From the IMG/VR virus record IMGVR_UViG_3300020048_000049: DNA of 64,000 nucleotides, one strand, 5' to 3'. Made by a program: the position numbers and the translations under genes. This DNA is from an uncultured virus (IMG/VR IMGVR_UViG_3300020048_000049) (lineage: Duplodnaviria > Heunggongvirae > Uroviricota > Caudoviricetes). This document shows positions 20,993-32,297 of this stretch, one piece after another. The notes below the pieces were generated by a model. It saw only the letters and a list, made by a program, of their open reading frames with translations. It made no database searches and was not told the DNA's origin. How positions within the stretch are numbered: the first letter of the stretch is position 1; every line of letters starts with the position of its first letter.

Positions 20993-22945
20993 CAGGGTTC
21001 TTAGGGCCAACAGATAGTTTAGATACTTATGCGGTAACAGATGCTATTTATGGTATTGATGGCTATAGAAGCGTTACTGGCATTACAATAAGAAATGAAA
21101 TCTCTACTGAAAGACGTAGGGAGGGTATGCTTGTGTATACTCAGAATGACCAAAACGTTTGGCAACTTCTCCCTGCTCCATGGAGTGGTATAAATGCTGA
21201 TTGGAAATTATTTATATCATCAGCTGCAACAAATAGTTTAACTGCTACAACTTCTTTCTTATCATTATCTGGAGGAACAGTAAGCGGAGACACAATGTTT
21301 TCTTTCAACCTTTCTGCTGGAACAATTTATTCTGGTTCAACTGACCTTTATGATATATTTGGAGCAGGAGGAACATCTGGCAACCTTTGGAGCGCATCAA
21401 CTGGCTCAAATTCTATTATTGCGAACAATGGAAGTGGAAATGTGGCAGGCAATTATTCTATAGTAGGAGGAACTAATAATGTTGCTAGTGGAAATAGAAG
21501 TTTTGTTGGAAATGGGAATTTAAATAGCGCTACAACTCAATCGGCTGTTGTTCTAGGCGGTTTAAATAATCTATCTAGTGGACAGGCATCATCTGTATTG
21601 GGAGGAGGATACAACACTGCATCTGGTACATATTCTACTGCATCTGGCTATAAGAGTCAAGCAATTGGTAATTTTTCTGTAGTTATAGGAGGTTATAATA
21701 ATCAGGCAAACTCAGCCTATTCTTCTATACTTGGAGGTAAATTTAATATAGTAATTGGCCCATATTCACTTATCGGTGGAGGTCTTTCTAATCAAGCTTC
21801 AGGATTCTATTCTTCTGTTGTAGGTGGTAAGTTAAATTCAGCCACAACTAACTATGCAACAGTCGTTGGTGGTATACAAAATATAGTAAGCGCATATTCT
21901 TTTATTGGTGCAGGTAGGGGAAATGAAGCCCTGGGAGATTATACAACTATTGCTGGCGGACTTAGAAACTCGGCTACTACACAATATTCTTCAGTTGTTG
22001 GTGGTAGAAATAATTTAGCATCAGGAAATTATTCTTCAGTTGTTGGAGGTAGAAATAACATGGCCTCAAATTATTATTCTTTTATAGGAAACGGTTTTGG
22101 TAATTCAGCAGCAACATTATGTTCTGTTGTAGTTGGAGGAAAACAAAATAAAGTAACAACTTCAACATATTCATCCGTTGTTGGAGGAAAAAACAACGCA
22201 GTTTCAAATTATTATTATTCTTCAATTGTTGGTGGTCAAAATAATGTTATATCAAGACAGCAATCTTTTATTGGAGGAGGACTTCAAAATATTGTAAGTG
22301 AAGGATATGCAGCTGTTGTTGGAGGTTATAGAAATACCGCNNNNNNNNNNGAATACTGCTTCAGGTGGAAAGTCTACAATAGGAGGAGGTATTTCTAATT
22401 TAGTTTCAGGTTCTTATTCAGCTATTTTGGGAGGTAGAAACAATACGGCTACTGCACAGTCTTCTTCAATACTTGGAGGAGCATTTAACACAGCTTCTGG
22501 AACTAGCTCATCTATATTAGCGGGAACAGGCCATACAGTAGTCGGAAGAAATTCGGCAATTATTGGAGGAGGTTCAATTAGCGGAGTATCTGATGATACT
22601 GTTTATATGCCAAATGCAAGACTCGCTGAAACGGCAGGTTCAAAAATTTTCTCCGCAGGAACAGACCTTTATAATATTTTTAGCACTGGCGGAGGTATAT
22701 CTGGAAATTTCTTATCAATAAGCGGAGGAACAGTAACTGGTGATACAATATTTACAACAAATGTATCTGCAAATACTTTAGCTCTTACAACAACAAATAC
22801 TGCAGCTCCATTAAATTTTCCAGTATTTATTTCTGACCCAGCTTCTCCAAACAATGGCGATGCATGGATTGTTTCAGCGGCAACTGGAAATGCGTTGTTT
22901 AATATTAGAATTGGAGGAATTACAAAAACAGTAGAATTAAGCTAA
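20965..22945 (+). CDS. Tail fibre-like protein with Gly-rich beta repeats (one gene split by N gap)
   Basis: GG..N repeats continue across the gap at 22341-22350. Confidence 0.75.
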
Positions 22946-22994
22946 AAACTATTTATTTTAATCTTTACACTTATTATCTTTTAAAAAATATATT

Positions 22995-23195
22995 ATGAAA
23001 AACTTAACAGTGATAGAAGCTATCAACGATTTAATTAAAGCAACAAATGTTGCATATTCAAGACAGGCATATACTATGCTTGAAACTCGTGAAATTATAA
23101 ATGCAATTGAATTTTTAGGAGAAACAATTAAGTCTCAACAACAAGCTCAGCAAACTGAATTGCCAACTCCTACAGATTCACAGGAAACTAACTAA
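22995..23195 (+). CDS. Small hypothetical protein
   Basis: ORF after the fibre genes. Confidence 0.55.
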   Translation: MKNLTVIEAINDLIKATNVAYSRQAYTMLETREIINAIEFLGETIKSQQQAQQTELPTPTDSQETN

Positions 23196-23196
23196 G

Positions 23197-23751
23197 TTAT
23201 TTTAGAGTATAAAGTTCATCATCGTCTTGGCCAGGTTCAACATCTTCCTGGTCAAACTCCATGATAATAAAATCTGATTCTTCCTCTTTAGATTCTTCCA
23301 TCATTTTTGTAACAGCATCTAATTTTTCTTGAGTGATGCGATTTGGACCCATAAACATTCCGTCCATTTCTTTCCAACCATCAGGATATAGTGTTGCACT
23401 ATCAGGTTCTGAAAAAGATTCATTTGTTAAATATTTTTTATCTCCCTCCTGAATTCCAGCAAGGGCCATAAGTTTTTTTGTTTCTTCGTTTAATTTTTCC
23501 ATTCTTTTTTCAGATTCTTTTTCTTTAGCTATAAGTCCAGTTTTTTTATTTGAATAATACTCAGGGTCTTCAACAAGATGGTCCATGACAATTTCTCTTT
23601 CTTTCCCTCTTGATGAAGTGTGTTCTTTTTCAACCTCTATTCCAATTTGTATTTCTTTTTTTATAGCGTCAATTGATACTCCGTGCTTTTTAGCAATATC
23701 CTCTATGGACATTTTATCTGCTTTGCCGCCTTTTAATTTATTGTTATCCAT
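23197..23751 (-). CDS. DUF5661-like protein
   Basis: KGGKAD...GIEVEKEHT...IVMDHLVEDPEYY; internal KLMALAGI tag; start MDNNK. Confidence 0.7.
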   Translation of the reverse strand: MDNNKLKGGKADKMSIEDIAKKHGVSIDAIKKEIQIGIEVEKEHTSSRGKEREIVMDHLVEDPEYYSNKKTGLIAKEKESEKRMEKLNEETKKLMALAGIQEGDKKYLTNESFSEPDSATLYPDGWKEMDGMFMGPNRITQEKLDAVTKMMEESKEEESDFIIMEFDQEDVEPGQDDDELYTLK

Positions 23752-23761
23752 ATTTTTTTTA

Positions 23762-24646
23762 TTATTTACCCCACTGTAAGAACTTTGGAGTATAATGTAT
23801 GCTAATACCAAGCTGAGGACCTAAAAACACCTGAGATGTCTTTAAATTGACTGCAGCCCCATATCCTAAACTTAATCCAATCCCCCAAGTTTTTCTAAAT
23901 TGTCTTGCAGCCTTTTTAGAAACATCATCACTCATAATATCGGCACCATCTAACTGTGTAAATGTTATTCCAGGATAACTTGTTGTGGCTGCTATTGAAA
24001 CTTTTTTTGTTTTAGGGTCTTCGAATAATCCAACCTTTAATTTAATACCCTGCTCTAGTATAAAGTCAGCATTTCCTGGGTTTATTTTTGTAAACAAACT
24101 AAGTTTATCTAAATCAACCTGAGTAGAATCTTTTGTATTAAAGAAAGTACTTGAAAAAGGAAGTTTTCCTTTTAGCTTTCTGTAATTACCATCTTTAAAA
24201 TTCGCAGTATCATTAAAAGTAAAATAACCATTACCTTTAGCGTCAATCTTTGCATATACAGGAACTTCTCTTATTGTTTCAGTATTGTTAAATGTTATTT
24301 TTTGAATTACTTTAGGGTTTTGTTTTTTGAAATCTTCAAAACCAACAAGCATATCCGAATATCCTTTTTTCAACTCTTCTACAGTTAATTTAAGAGCAAG
24401 CTTTTCAGCTCTCCAGGTAGAATCGTTTATCTTGCCTTGAATAATTGGAGCCTTAAGGGCATCGGCATTATTTTGAGCTCTTTGAGCTTCTTCTTTTTGT
24501 TTTTCTATATCGCCTTTTAATCCTCTGTTTTGGCTACATTGCATTAATATAATAGCAACTAGAATTGCTAAACCTATTAGGTTTCTTATTGACTTATTTT
24601 TTGGGTCGGTAATCCAAGCCCAAAATCCAGTGAAAATGTTTAACAT
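23762..24646 (-). CDS. Membrane-anchored coiled-coil protein (possible spanin/lysis accessory)
   Basis: N-terminal TM ending ILMQC, coiled coil, C-terminal beta strands WGIGLSLGYG. Confidence 0.5.
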   Translation of the reverse strand: MLNIFTGFWAWITDPKNKSIRNLIGLAILVAIILMQCSQNRGLKGDIEKQKEEAQRAQNNADALKAPIIQGKINDSTWRAEKLALKLTVEELKKGYSDMLVGFEDFKKQNPKVIQKITFNNTETIREVPVYAKIDAKGNGYFTFNDTANFKDGNYRKLKGKLPFSSTFFNTKDSTQVDLDKLSLFTKINPGNADFILEQGIKLKVGLFEDPKTKKVSIAATTSYPGITFTQLDGADIMSDDVSKKAARQFRKTWGIGLSLGYGAAVNLKTSQVFLGPQLGISIHYTPKFLQWGK

Positions 24647-24681
24647 ACTATTATTTATTAATAAATAGCATGTTAAAAGCT

Positions 24682-24987
24682 TTATTTTTTAAAAAGTTCA
24701 TTAAAAATATCACGGTCATTAGTTTTTTCAAAAGAATCTTCATCCGTAACAGTCTGAATATCACCAACTTTAGTGTCTCCTCTAAAAACTTCAGTGTTTG
24801 TTTTGACATTCATTCCAATTAGAAGTTCTTCAAGAGCTGTCTGAACAATATCGTGAGAAACAATTTTAAGAGCATCTCCTTTTTGTTTATCAGTATCATA
24901 GTCATTGTTATTCCATAAGGCAATTTTGTTGTAAGTTGCTAAGGTAAGTTTACTCATCTCAAATTCTATTTTTTTATTATCTTCCAT
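24682..24987 (-). CDS. Hypothetical protein
   Basis: ORF track. Confidence 0.6.
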   Translation of the reverse strand: MEDNKKIEFEMSKLTLATYNKIALWNNNDYDTDKQKGDALKIVSHDIVQTALEELLIGMNVKTNTEVFRGDTKVGDIQTVTDEDSFEKTNDRDIFNELFKK

Positions 24988-24988
24988 G

Positions 24989-25414
24989 TTATTTTTTGTT
25001 TAAAATTTTATTTATTATTTCGTTTTTTATTTTGAATTTAATTGTTTTATTTCCTTTGTGATTTTCAATCTCTATACACTCCTTTTCTTCATCGTAAATC
25101 ATATCTGAAATTAAAAAAGACTTATTATCTTTTAAATGAATTCTTTCAGAATGAATTATAAGCCCCTCATTATTAAATTTTTTATATACCAAATACTTTC
25201 TGGTGATATCAAGAGATTCAATTGTAATTCCATTTGAAGTAAGCATATAGCTATAATAACTGCGTCTATCATCTTTAAGTTTAAAAATTTTAGTATTTAT
25301 AATTGTATTAATAATATTTTCATCAAGATATTCTTTTATTATTAAATTTCCAGTAAGTGGTTCATAGTGAACCAGGTTTCTGTTTATTTTATCATATACT
25401 TTTAATATCTTCAT
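24989..25414 (-). CDS. Hypothetical protein
   Basis: ORF, probable start MKILK. Confidence 0.55.
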   Translation of the reverse strand: MKILKVYDKINRNLVHYEPLTGNLIIKEYLDENIINTIINTKIFKLKDDRRSYYSYMLTSNGITIESLDITRKYLVYKKFNNEGLIIHSERIHLKDNKSFLISDMIYDEEKECIEIENHKGNKTIKFKIKNEIINKILNKK

Positions 25415-25454
25415 TAAGCTAAAATGTAATAAGAAATAGTTAAAAAACAAAATA

Positions 25455-26342
25455 ATGAAGGCTTTTGATTATAACATTATCGTAAAATCAATGTTAAACT
25501 ATACATTTTGCATGTATAAAGACATTCTTGGTAATGAAGAACTTATGCATTTATTTAAGGTAATTGATTATGAAAAAATAGAAGATAGATTTTTAGTAGA
25601 TGATTCTAAGCTCTTTCCATACATTCACTGGGATAAAGTTGGTAAGATGCAAGCGGTAAGGATGGCAACTAGAAATTTAGAAGTATTGAATTACGTTGAC
25701 CTTAAAAAACACGATTATACAATACGAGAAGTTTTCTTTTTAATTAAAAGGGATTTTAATATTTTGTTTAAATATTTTAATTTTGACTTCAAAAATCTTT
25801 CTCATGATGATGCCTACTTCATACTTTGCCTAGGAAGTAAGAGATTTTATGACATGCTTGATTTGAAAAAATATAATTTTTCATTTATAGAAATGATAAA
25901 TATCATTAGAGCATATAATTACAATAAAAATGTTATAATGGACATGGACTATTCGGAATTAAAAAGCTATCAAATCACAGAAATACTAATAAAAACAGGA
26001 GAAGAAAGTTTAGAATTATTTGACCTCGATTGTTTAAATACCCTTAATTGGCTGGACCTACTTATGTATCAGCCAGACTTCTTGTATCATTGTGATTTCG
26101 ATAAATTCATTGATGGAGACCCGTTTAATTTAGTTCAACTTGTAGTCTTGTTTGATAAGCCTGATTTGGCGTATCTGCTTGATAAGATTGATTTAAAAAA
26201 AATAACTCCTTTTGGGTGGGAAAAGTTGCTAATATCTAACCCAGAAAAATTTGCTAGCGTTTGTGATTTTACCAAATTAAATGAAGCAAATTGGGCTGTA
26301 ATTTTATATTACAGCCCACAGTTAATTTCTTATAAGATTTAG
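25455..26342 (+). CDS. Helical-repeat hypothetical protein
   Basis: Repeated W..LL...P.F...CDF.K units. Confidence 0.6.
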   Translation: MKAFDYNIIVKSMLNYTFCMYKDILGNEELMHLFKVIDYEKIEDRFLVDDSKLFPYIHWDKVGKMQAVRMATRNLEVLNYVDLKKHDYTIREVFFLIKRDFNILFKYFNFDFKNLSHDDAYFILCLGSKRFYDMLDLKKYNFSFIEMINIIRAYNYNKNVIMDMDYSELKSYQITEILIKTGEESLELFDLDCLNTLNWLDLLMYQPDFLYHCDFDKFIDGDPFNLVQLVVLFDKPDLAYLLDKIDLKKITPFGWEKLLISNPEKFASVCDFTKLNEANWAVILYYSPQLISYKI

Positions 26343-26343
26343 T

Positions 26344-26565
26344 TTAATATTCTCCAGGAAGCCTGTCTCTATATCCTATTATTTCATTGCAAGTGCCTGG
26401 ACAAAAACATTGGCCCCCTTTATTTGGACACCCTCTTTTAATTGGAATTTGAGTATTTATATTACCAAATTTCATACTAAGTATTGAACTTCCTGCGCTT
26501 TCATAATGTTTTTTCTCAACATAATCTATTGGCTGGTCGCCATGAAAATCTGGGTATTCTTCCAT
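26344..26565 (-). CDS. Small Cys-rich protein
   Basis: GCPNKGGQCFCPGTC. Confidence 0.55.
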   Translation of the reverse strand: MEEYPDFHGDQPIDYVEKKHYESAGSSILSMKFGNINTQIPIKRGCPNKGGQCFCPGTCNEIIGYRDRLPGEY

Positions 26566-26566
26566 T

Positions 26567-26821
26567 TTATAAAAATTTTTCTAATTTTAACTTCCAGTTC
26601 TCAAGATGTTTAATAGCAGAATCTATCTTTTTTATACCATCTGAAAAATCATCACTTTCAATGTTTTTCATAAGTTCAACAAAAGTCTTTCTAAGAGTTA
26701 CCGCTTCGTCTTTCCAGTCTGACTTATTCTTTGGTAATAATACATCAAACTCCTTCAATGAGCTTGCCATAACGTCTTTTACAAATTCTCTTAGTTCTTT
26801 TTCGCTTAAATTATCTTTCAT
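26567..26821 (-). CDS. Small tagged putative virion protein
   Basis: LSEKELREFVKDVM. Confidence 0.55.
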   Translation of the reverse strand: MKDNLSEKELREFVKDVMASSLKEFDVLLPKNKSDWKDEAVTLRKTFVELMKNIESDDFSDGIKKIDSAIKHLENWKLKLEKFL

Positions 26822-27456
26822 TTTTTCTCTGTCTTTAATCTTATCATATAAATATTCATATCATGAGGAGCTGATATTTTTCCTCCAAAATATGGAAATA
26901 ATCTGTAAATAAATAGTTTGAATAAACTATAATAAGAGAACGATTTATCTTTATCAACAGAAACCGTAATGCTTTGATTATTAGGGCTTAACGCTTTAAA
27001 AACGTATTTATTAGTCTTGTTTTGAATGTTACAAAAAATCCAAGAATCAGGCTTACATGTAATCATTGGTTTGATAACTCTTTCTCCATTTATATAGCAA
27101 TAAGCAAGTAGCTCTATGTTTTCGCCATCAGTGCATCTCCAGCCTATTCTGGCTGAGTTCCAGTGATGAAATCCTTCCGAAAAACCATATAGTTTATTTA
27201 CCTGGTCATAATTTTCAGTTAATTTATATGTGCAATTTTGAAAAAAATAAACCCTAATTGAATCAGAAATTGTTTTACTTTGCAAAAAACTATAAAAAGC
27301 AAAAAAAGATATAACAGAAATCAGCGCTATCAACCAGCTAGAAAAATATATCGCCAAAACTATACCTATTAAAGTAAGGGCGTATTGAAGTATACAAATT
27401 TGAAATTTATCTCCCTGAAAGTAGTATTTTCCTTTTTTTACAGAATAAAGCTTCAT
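26818..27456 (-). CDS. Membrane-anchored hypothetical protein
   Basis: N-terminal TM pair plus globular domain (NSARIGWR...YFGG..SAPHDM). Confidence 0.6.
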   Translation of the reverse strand: MKLYSVKKGKYYFQGDKFQICILQYALTLIGIVLAIYFSSWLIALISVISFFAFYSFLQSKTISDSIRVYFFQNCTYKLTENYDQVNKLYGFSEGFHHWNSARIGWRCTDGENIELLAYCYINGERVIKPMITCKPDSWIFCNIQNKTNKYVFKALSPNNQSITVSVDKDKSFSYYSLFKLFIYRLFPYFGGKISAPHDMNIYMIRLKTEKK

Positions 27457-27523
27457 AGTTTTATTTATTTTAGGTGAGATTTATTATATATTTTAAAAGT
27501 ATATTTATAAATAAACAAGAAAA

Positions 27524-28635
27524 ATGAATTTCAAAATAAATTTAGATTTTTGCGTAATTCCTAGCCCTTATAATAAAGGGGCAAAGAACCTGGTTTTTAT
27601 CTCCTATAGAGGGGCTAATAAAATTGATGAAAAGCTTTGCTTGGAGGCAGACTATGAACATCTTAAAAATACACTTGGCCAATATGGATATCAGGAAATT
27701 GACTTTTGTATTTTTGAATCTTCTGATAATACTATTATCAGAGCAGACATACTTAAAAGTAAACTTTCTGAAGCTGGTTTAAGATATAGTAAGCCATTTG
27801 AATTTAATATAATGGGAGAGCTTGATTCTTTTAATTTAGAGCTAATGTCTCAACAAGAAGAAGCTTATAATTTAAAGTCTGAAAGTAGTGTTTATTTTTC
27901 TACAACAACTCCCATTATAAATTCAGTTAAATCTAAAATTCCAGCCGTAGGAGAAAAGATAGTGCTACACTTTTATTTATTTTTACAATGTCACTGGATA
28001 AATGAAAATGATTGTGTTTTAGAATTGGTAGGAGATTTATATTCAAAAGAAAATAATAATACTAGAAATTTTTTACAAATTACAAAATCAGAATTTATTA
28101 GATTAGATTCAAATATACCAAATACTATTATGCTCCAAAGCGTAAAGTCTTATGGTGATTTTACAAATGAAATTAATATTTTACATAAAGGAAATTTTAA
28201 ATTTGTAAAACCAATAATGAGTCAAGATGGCGATATGGTAATGAAAACAAAAGAGTTTGTTTACAATATTATAGAAGTAAAGAAAAGTATTAACCCTATC
28301 CATAGAATTGTTGTAGAAGCTAATTTAAATCAGTATTATGATAACATGATATCTGTATCTAAAAAAATAAAAAAAGAATTATCTTTAGAACAAAAGAAAA
28401 TTGTATCACTCGAAGTAGTGAGACCAGAAATGCTTTTATTGAAACAGAAGTTAAAAGATAAAATGCTTATATNNNNNNNNNNCTTATATTGGCAGAGACT
28501 GATGAGTTCGAAAAAGCAAGCATTATAAAAAAAGACATGAATTTTATTGATAATAAAATAAAGTCTATTGATGATATGGAAGAGAAAAATATTACTTATG
28601 GAGAATATTTTAAAACTTTTTGTTTGAATTCATAA
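27524..28635 (+). CDS. Hypothetical protein with C-terminal UvrB/UvrC-like motif (split by N gap)
   Basis: After the gap the frame reads LAETDEFEKASIIKK to TAA 28635. Confidence 0.6.
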
Positions 28636-28650
28636 AATTTACTATATTTG
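28619..28650 (+). promoter_or_regulatory. Bacteroidota primary-sigma promoter
   Basis: TTTG-N20-TATATTTG. Confidence 0.7.
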
Positions 28651-28665
28651 CCATAAATTATTAAT

Positions 28666-29631
28666 ATGGCACGTAAATCGAATAGTTTTATTAAATTTAA
28701 AGATATCCTAAAAGAAGATATTGAGTCTTCAACCATTTCTGTAGATGAAAACCATGTTTATTTATTAAATTTAGCTATCGGAATTTCTGTTGATAGTAGT
28801 AGGCTTCTTGACAACATCTCTTCTAAGAAAGATTTCATTAGGTCTAAATCTCTTGCTATTCAATTACAAAAAAGTTTAGAATTACTTTTGGAAAAAATAG
28901 AACATTCTCCAGTTAAAGGTGATTTTAATCAGAAAGATTTAGATAACTTTAAAACACTAAAACATTCTGAGTACCCATCATATGTAAAAAAAGTTATTGA
29001 GATTAAAAAAATGTCTCAAAAAGAATATGACGAACATTTAAGTAAATCTCCATCACCATCAGGCTATTCAAATGCTATTGGCCAACAACCAAACGGAAGA
29101 GCTCTCCATAATGGCGGAATGGCGCCACCTAAAGAATGGAAAAGTATAACTGAATTAAATCTTAAGTCTTCTGAAAAAGATAGACTAATTGAAGAAATGA
29201 GAAAGTTAAATGAGCAAGGTAAAACAGTAACAAAAACCAATATTAGTCTACCTATTAATGTAAACGAATTTACTGAGCCTTTTAAATATCTTGAAAATAT
29301 ACACGACTATAATGGCTCATTTCTTATAACTCTTTTAAAAAGTTTAGAAGACATAAAAAGAGAAGAAGCTTCTAACAAAGTTGATTTAAATAAAGAAATT
29401 AAAAAAATCCTAAACGGTGAAGTTATAATATTATCTGTTTATGATATAAAGGGACTTATATCTGAAGGGGAAGAAAAGAAATTTTTAATTGTTTTAACTT
29501 TTGATAAATTAAATGGAGTTTTAAAAAGTGAAAATATACAAACAATATTCCCAAACGGAAAAGCGCACCAGTTATCTAAAAAACAACTAACTGAATTAAA
29601 TAAATTTTTCATATCTAAAAAAATAAACTAA
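28666..29631 (+). CDS. Hypothetical protein
   Basis: ORF track. Confidence 0.65.
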   Translation: MARKSNSFIKFKDILKEDIESSTISVDENHVYLLNLAIGISVDSSRLLDNISSKKDFIRSKSLAIQLQKSLELLLEKIEHSPVKGDFNQKDLDNFKTLKHSEYPSYVKKVIEIKKMSQKEYDEHLSKSPSPSGYSNAIGQQPNGRALHNGGMAPPKEWKSITELNLKSSEKDRLIEEMRKLNEQGKTVTKTNISLPINVNEFTEPFKYLENIHDYNGSFLITLLKSLEDIKREEASNKVDLNKEIKKILNGEVIILSVYDIKGLISEGEEKKFLIVLTFDKLNGVLKSENIQTIFPNGKAHQLSKKQLTELNKFFISKKIN

Positions 29632-29637
29632 TACATT

Positions 29638-30537
29638 ATGATAAAAGCAGAAATCATCGCAGATTCAATTAACAGTAAAGGGAAAAGAATTACTTCTTTT
29701 GTAGTAACAATGCCAAGAATCGTTTTGGCCGAATTAAATACCCACAGAACGCTTTCTAGAAACTCTGCTAGTAGTAGAGCTATTCCGTTTGCAAAGATGG
29801 TAGAAATGGTAAAGAAAACACCTTTTATGCCTATCCAGTTAATGAAAGACCATTCAGGTATGCAAGGAAATGAGTTTTTTACAGAAGAATCTGAAATAGA
29901 AGCTGTGAAGGCTGCATGGCTTGAAGGAAGAGACAATGCTGTTGCAAGTGCTGAAAAACTTAGCGCATTAGGTTTATCAAAACAATTTGTAAATAGAGGA
30001 TTAGAGGCCTATATGTGGCACACTGTAATTATAACGGCAACTGAATTTGAAAATTTTTTAGCTCTTAGAGCTCACGAGGCAGCAGAAATCCATATTCAAA
30101 AACTAGCGTTCTTGATGCTTGAAGAAATGAATAATTCAACACCTAAATTATTACAAGTTGGTGAGTGGCACATTCCATTTGGAGATAATATGGATATTGA
30201 AAAAATTAATAACTTAATTGAATTAGAATCTGGCGAAAATCCAAATAATTTATTTAATTTTAATAAATTTCAAAATGAATATAAAATTAAAATAGCAACT
30301 GCTCGTTGCGCACGTGTTTCTTATACTGTAGTTGGTGAAGAGGGTAAGGTTGATAATTACGCAAATGATGTTAAACTTCATGACCGACTATTAAATATGG
30401 GACATCTTAGCCCTTTTGAACATTGTGCTCAAGCAACTGATAACGAAGGATGGTCTGGAAATTTCTTAGGGTGGACACAATACCGCAAGATGCTTCCAAA
30501 TGAAAATAGAAATGACGATAGATTGTTAACTAAATAA
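29638..30537 (+). CDS. thyX: FAD-dependent thymidylate synthase (phage-type)
   Basis: AELNTHRTLSRNSASSR, FLALR, ARCARVSY, HLSPFEH. Confidence 0.88.
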   Translation: MIKAEIIADSINSKGKRITSFVVTMPRIVLAELNTHRTLSRNSASSRAIPFAKMVEMVKKTPFMPIQLMKDHSGMQGNEFFTEESEIEAVKAAWLEGRDNAVASAEKLSALGLSKQFVNRGLEAYMWHTVIITATEFENFLALRAHEAAEIHIQKLAFLMLEEMNNSTPKLLQVGEWHIPFGDNMDIEKINNLIELESGENPNNLFNFNKFQNEYKIKIATARCARVSYTVVGEEGKVDNYANDVKLHDRLLNMGHLSPFEHCAQATDNEGWSGNFLGWTQYRKMLPNENRNDDRLLTK

Positions 30538-30614
30538 TTGTTGGGTTATTAGGTTATTTTAAATATGGGCTTGTAACTTTTAAATATTTTTATATATTTA
30601 TTATAAAAATAAAC

Positions 30615-31421
30615 ATGAAAGTAACACACATTTATACTTTAACAGACCCAGAAACATTTCAAATAAGATATGTTGGTAAGGCTAATAATATATCTCAAAG
30701 ATATAAAGCTCATTTAAACCGAGCAAGAAAACATCAAATTCATAAAAAAAATTGGATAAATTATTTACGAACAAAAAAATTAAAACCTATAATTGATATT
30801 ATAGATATAGTACCAATAGAAGAATGGGTTTTTTGGGAAACATATTGGATTTCTCAATTCAAAGCTTGGGGATTTAATTTAATAAACTATACTACTGGAG
30901 GTGAAGGTTGTACTTTTGGTAATCAAACATCTTTTAAAAAAGGGCAAGGAGCCACTCCAATTTTACAACTTGATAAACAAGGTAATATAATTAATGAATT
31001 TGAATCTTATTCAAAGGCTAAAAATATATTTGGAAAAAATATTTTTAGCGCAATAGATAAAGAAAGGGCTTCTGTAGGCGGATTTTTATGGTTAAGAAAA
31101 AAAACATATGAATTATTTTCAAAAGAAGAATTTGAAAATTTTATAAACGCATTTAATAATAGAAAAAGAAACCCTAATTCGGGAAATTTTAAAAAAGGAA
31201 TTATTCCTTGGTGTAAAAATAATTCTGGATATAAATTAACTGGACAAAAAAAAGCGGTTTCTGTTATGCAGTTTGATTTGACTAATAATTTTATAAAAAA
31301 ACATTATTCTTGTAAAGAAGCAGCCAAAGAAATGAATTGCATAGAAGAGAATATCAGGGCGGCTTGTGTCGGAAAAAATAAAACTGCTAAAAATTTTATA
31401 TGGAAATATGAAAATAATTAA
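30615..31421 (+). mobile_element. Free-standing GIY-YIG homing endonuclease with NUMOD1-like repeats
   Basis: HIYTLTDP..IRYVGK..R..H..E..WI..N; two QxD..G.II..F/Y.S..EA units ending in F.W. Confidence 0.85.
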
Positions 31422-31444
31422 TTATATTTGATAAAAAAATAAAT

Positions 31445-32296
31445 ATGCAAAATTTTAATATTGAATTACCTAAAGAAGTTCTTGCCCCAGGAAAACATAA
31501 TGAAATAAATTTTAATTTATTAGAAGGAAAGATAATTTTAGCTTTAATGGGGTATTCTAAATCTGGGAAAGATACAATTGCTAAAATATTCGTTGATGAC
31601 TATGGCTATCAAAGAGTTGCATTTGCTGATAATATTAAGAAAGAGATGAATTTATATCTTAAGGAACTTGTTTGTGAAGATATTAATGCTCGTCTTTTAG
31701 AAGAAGCAAATAAACTCTCTGTTCAAGGATATATTACATATTGGGAGCCATGGGCACTAGATAAAATAGATTTTTTTACTGAAAACGTAGAGCTTAAAAA
31801 AGTTCTTCGTCCATACATCATTTGGTATGGAGAAAAATTAAGAACTATAAACGGAAAGTTTTGTTGGATTAATAGAGCGTTTTCTGAAGATGCAAAAGAC
31901 ATGGATAAAATAGTTTTATCTGATGTAAGAAGGCTTGCCGAACTTGATGTGTTTAAAGATTCTAATGAGTTTAAAAAGCGTACACGAAAATCATCAATAG
32001 AGTCTGGCATATTAAAGCTAGATGGTGAAACTATTGAGACAAATAATTATGGCACTTTATTATTTGAAGTAAATCAATTTGGCCTAACTGATTCTGATAA
32101 TTTAACTCTTGAAACAATTAGATATGCCAATGAAAATTGGATGGTTGATGATGTGTTTTATGTAGACTCAAGACTTCCGTCAACTTCTAGCCACAGAGAA
32201 AGTGCTATTAAAATTCAAATCAATAAAACTGTAAAAAAGTTTGGTATTGAAAAACCAGATAAAGCTAAAGGTATACAAACAAATATATTTCAATAA
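31445..32296 (+). CDS. Deoxynucleoside monophosphate kinase (T4 gp1-like)
   Basis: GYSKSGKDT, AFADNIK, LSDVR. Confidence 0.8.
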   Translation: MQNFNIELPKEVLAPGKHNEINFNLLEGKIILALMGYSKSGKDTIAKIFVDDYGYQRVAFADNIKKEMNLYLKELVCEDINARLLEEANKLSVQGYITYWEPWALDKIDFFTENVELKKVLRPYIIWYGEKLRTINGKFCWINRAFSEDAKDMDKIVLSDVRRLAELDVFKDSNEFKKRTRKSSIESGILKLDGETIETNNYGTLLFEVNQFGLTDSDNLTLETIRYANENWMVDDVFYVDSRLPSTSSHRESAIKIQINKTVKKFGIEKPDKAKGIQTNIFQ

Positions 32297-32297
32297 A

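Noticed and set aside
17400..22600. Diversity-generating retroelement acting on fibre genes
   Set aside because: No reverse transcriptase and no TR/VR pair with adenine-specific differences; the similarity is protein-level paralogy.
7496..22945. Separate genes or programmed frameshifts at 7496 and 22298 (also 165, 28528, 45708, 49843)
   Set aside because: The breaks coincide with N gaps of arbitrary length, so they are assembly artefacts.
29638..31421. Group I intron in thyX
   Set aside because: thyX is complete, and the endonuclease lies downstream with its own upstream motif.
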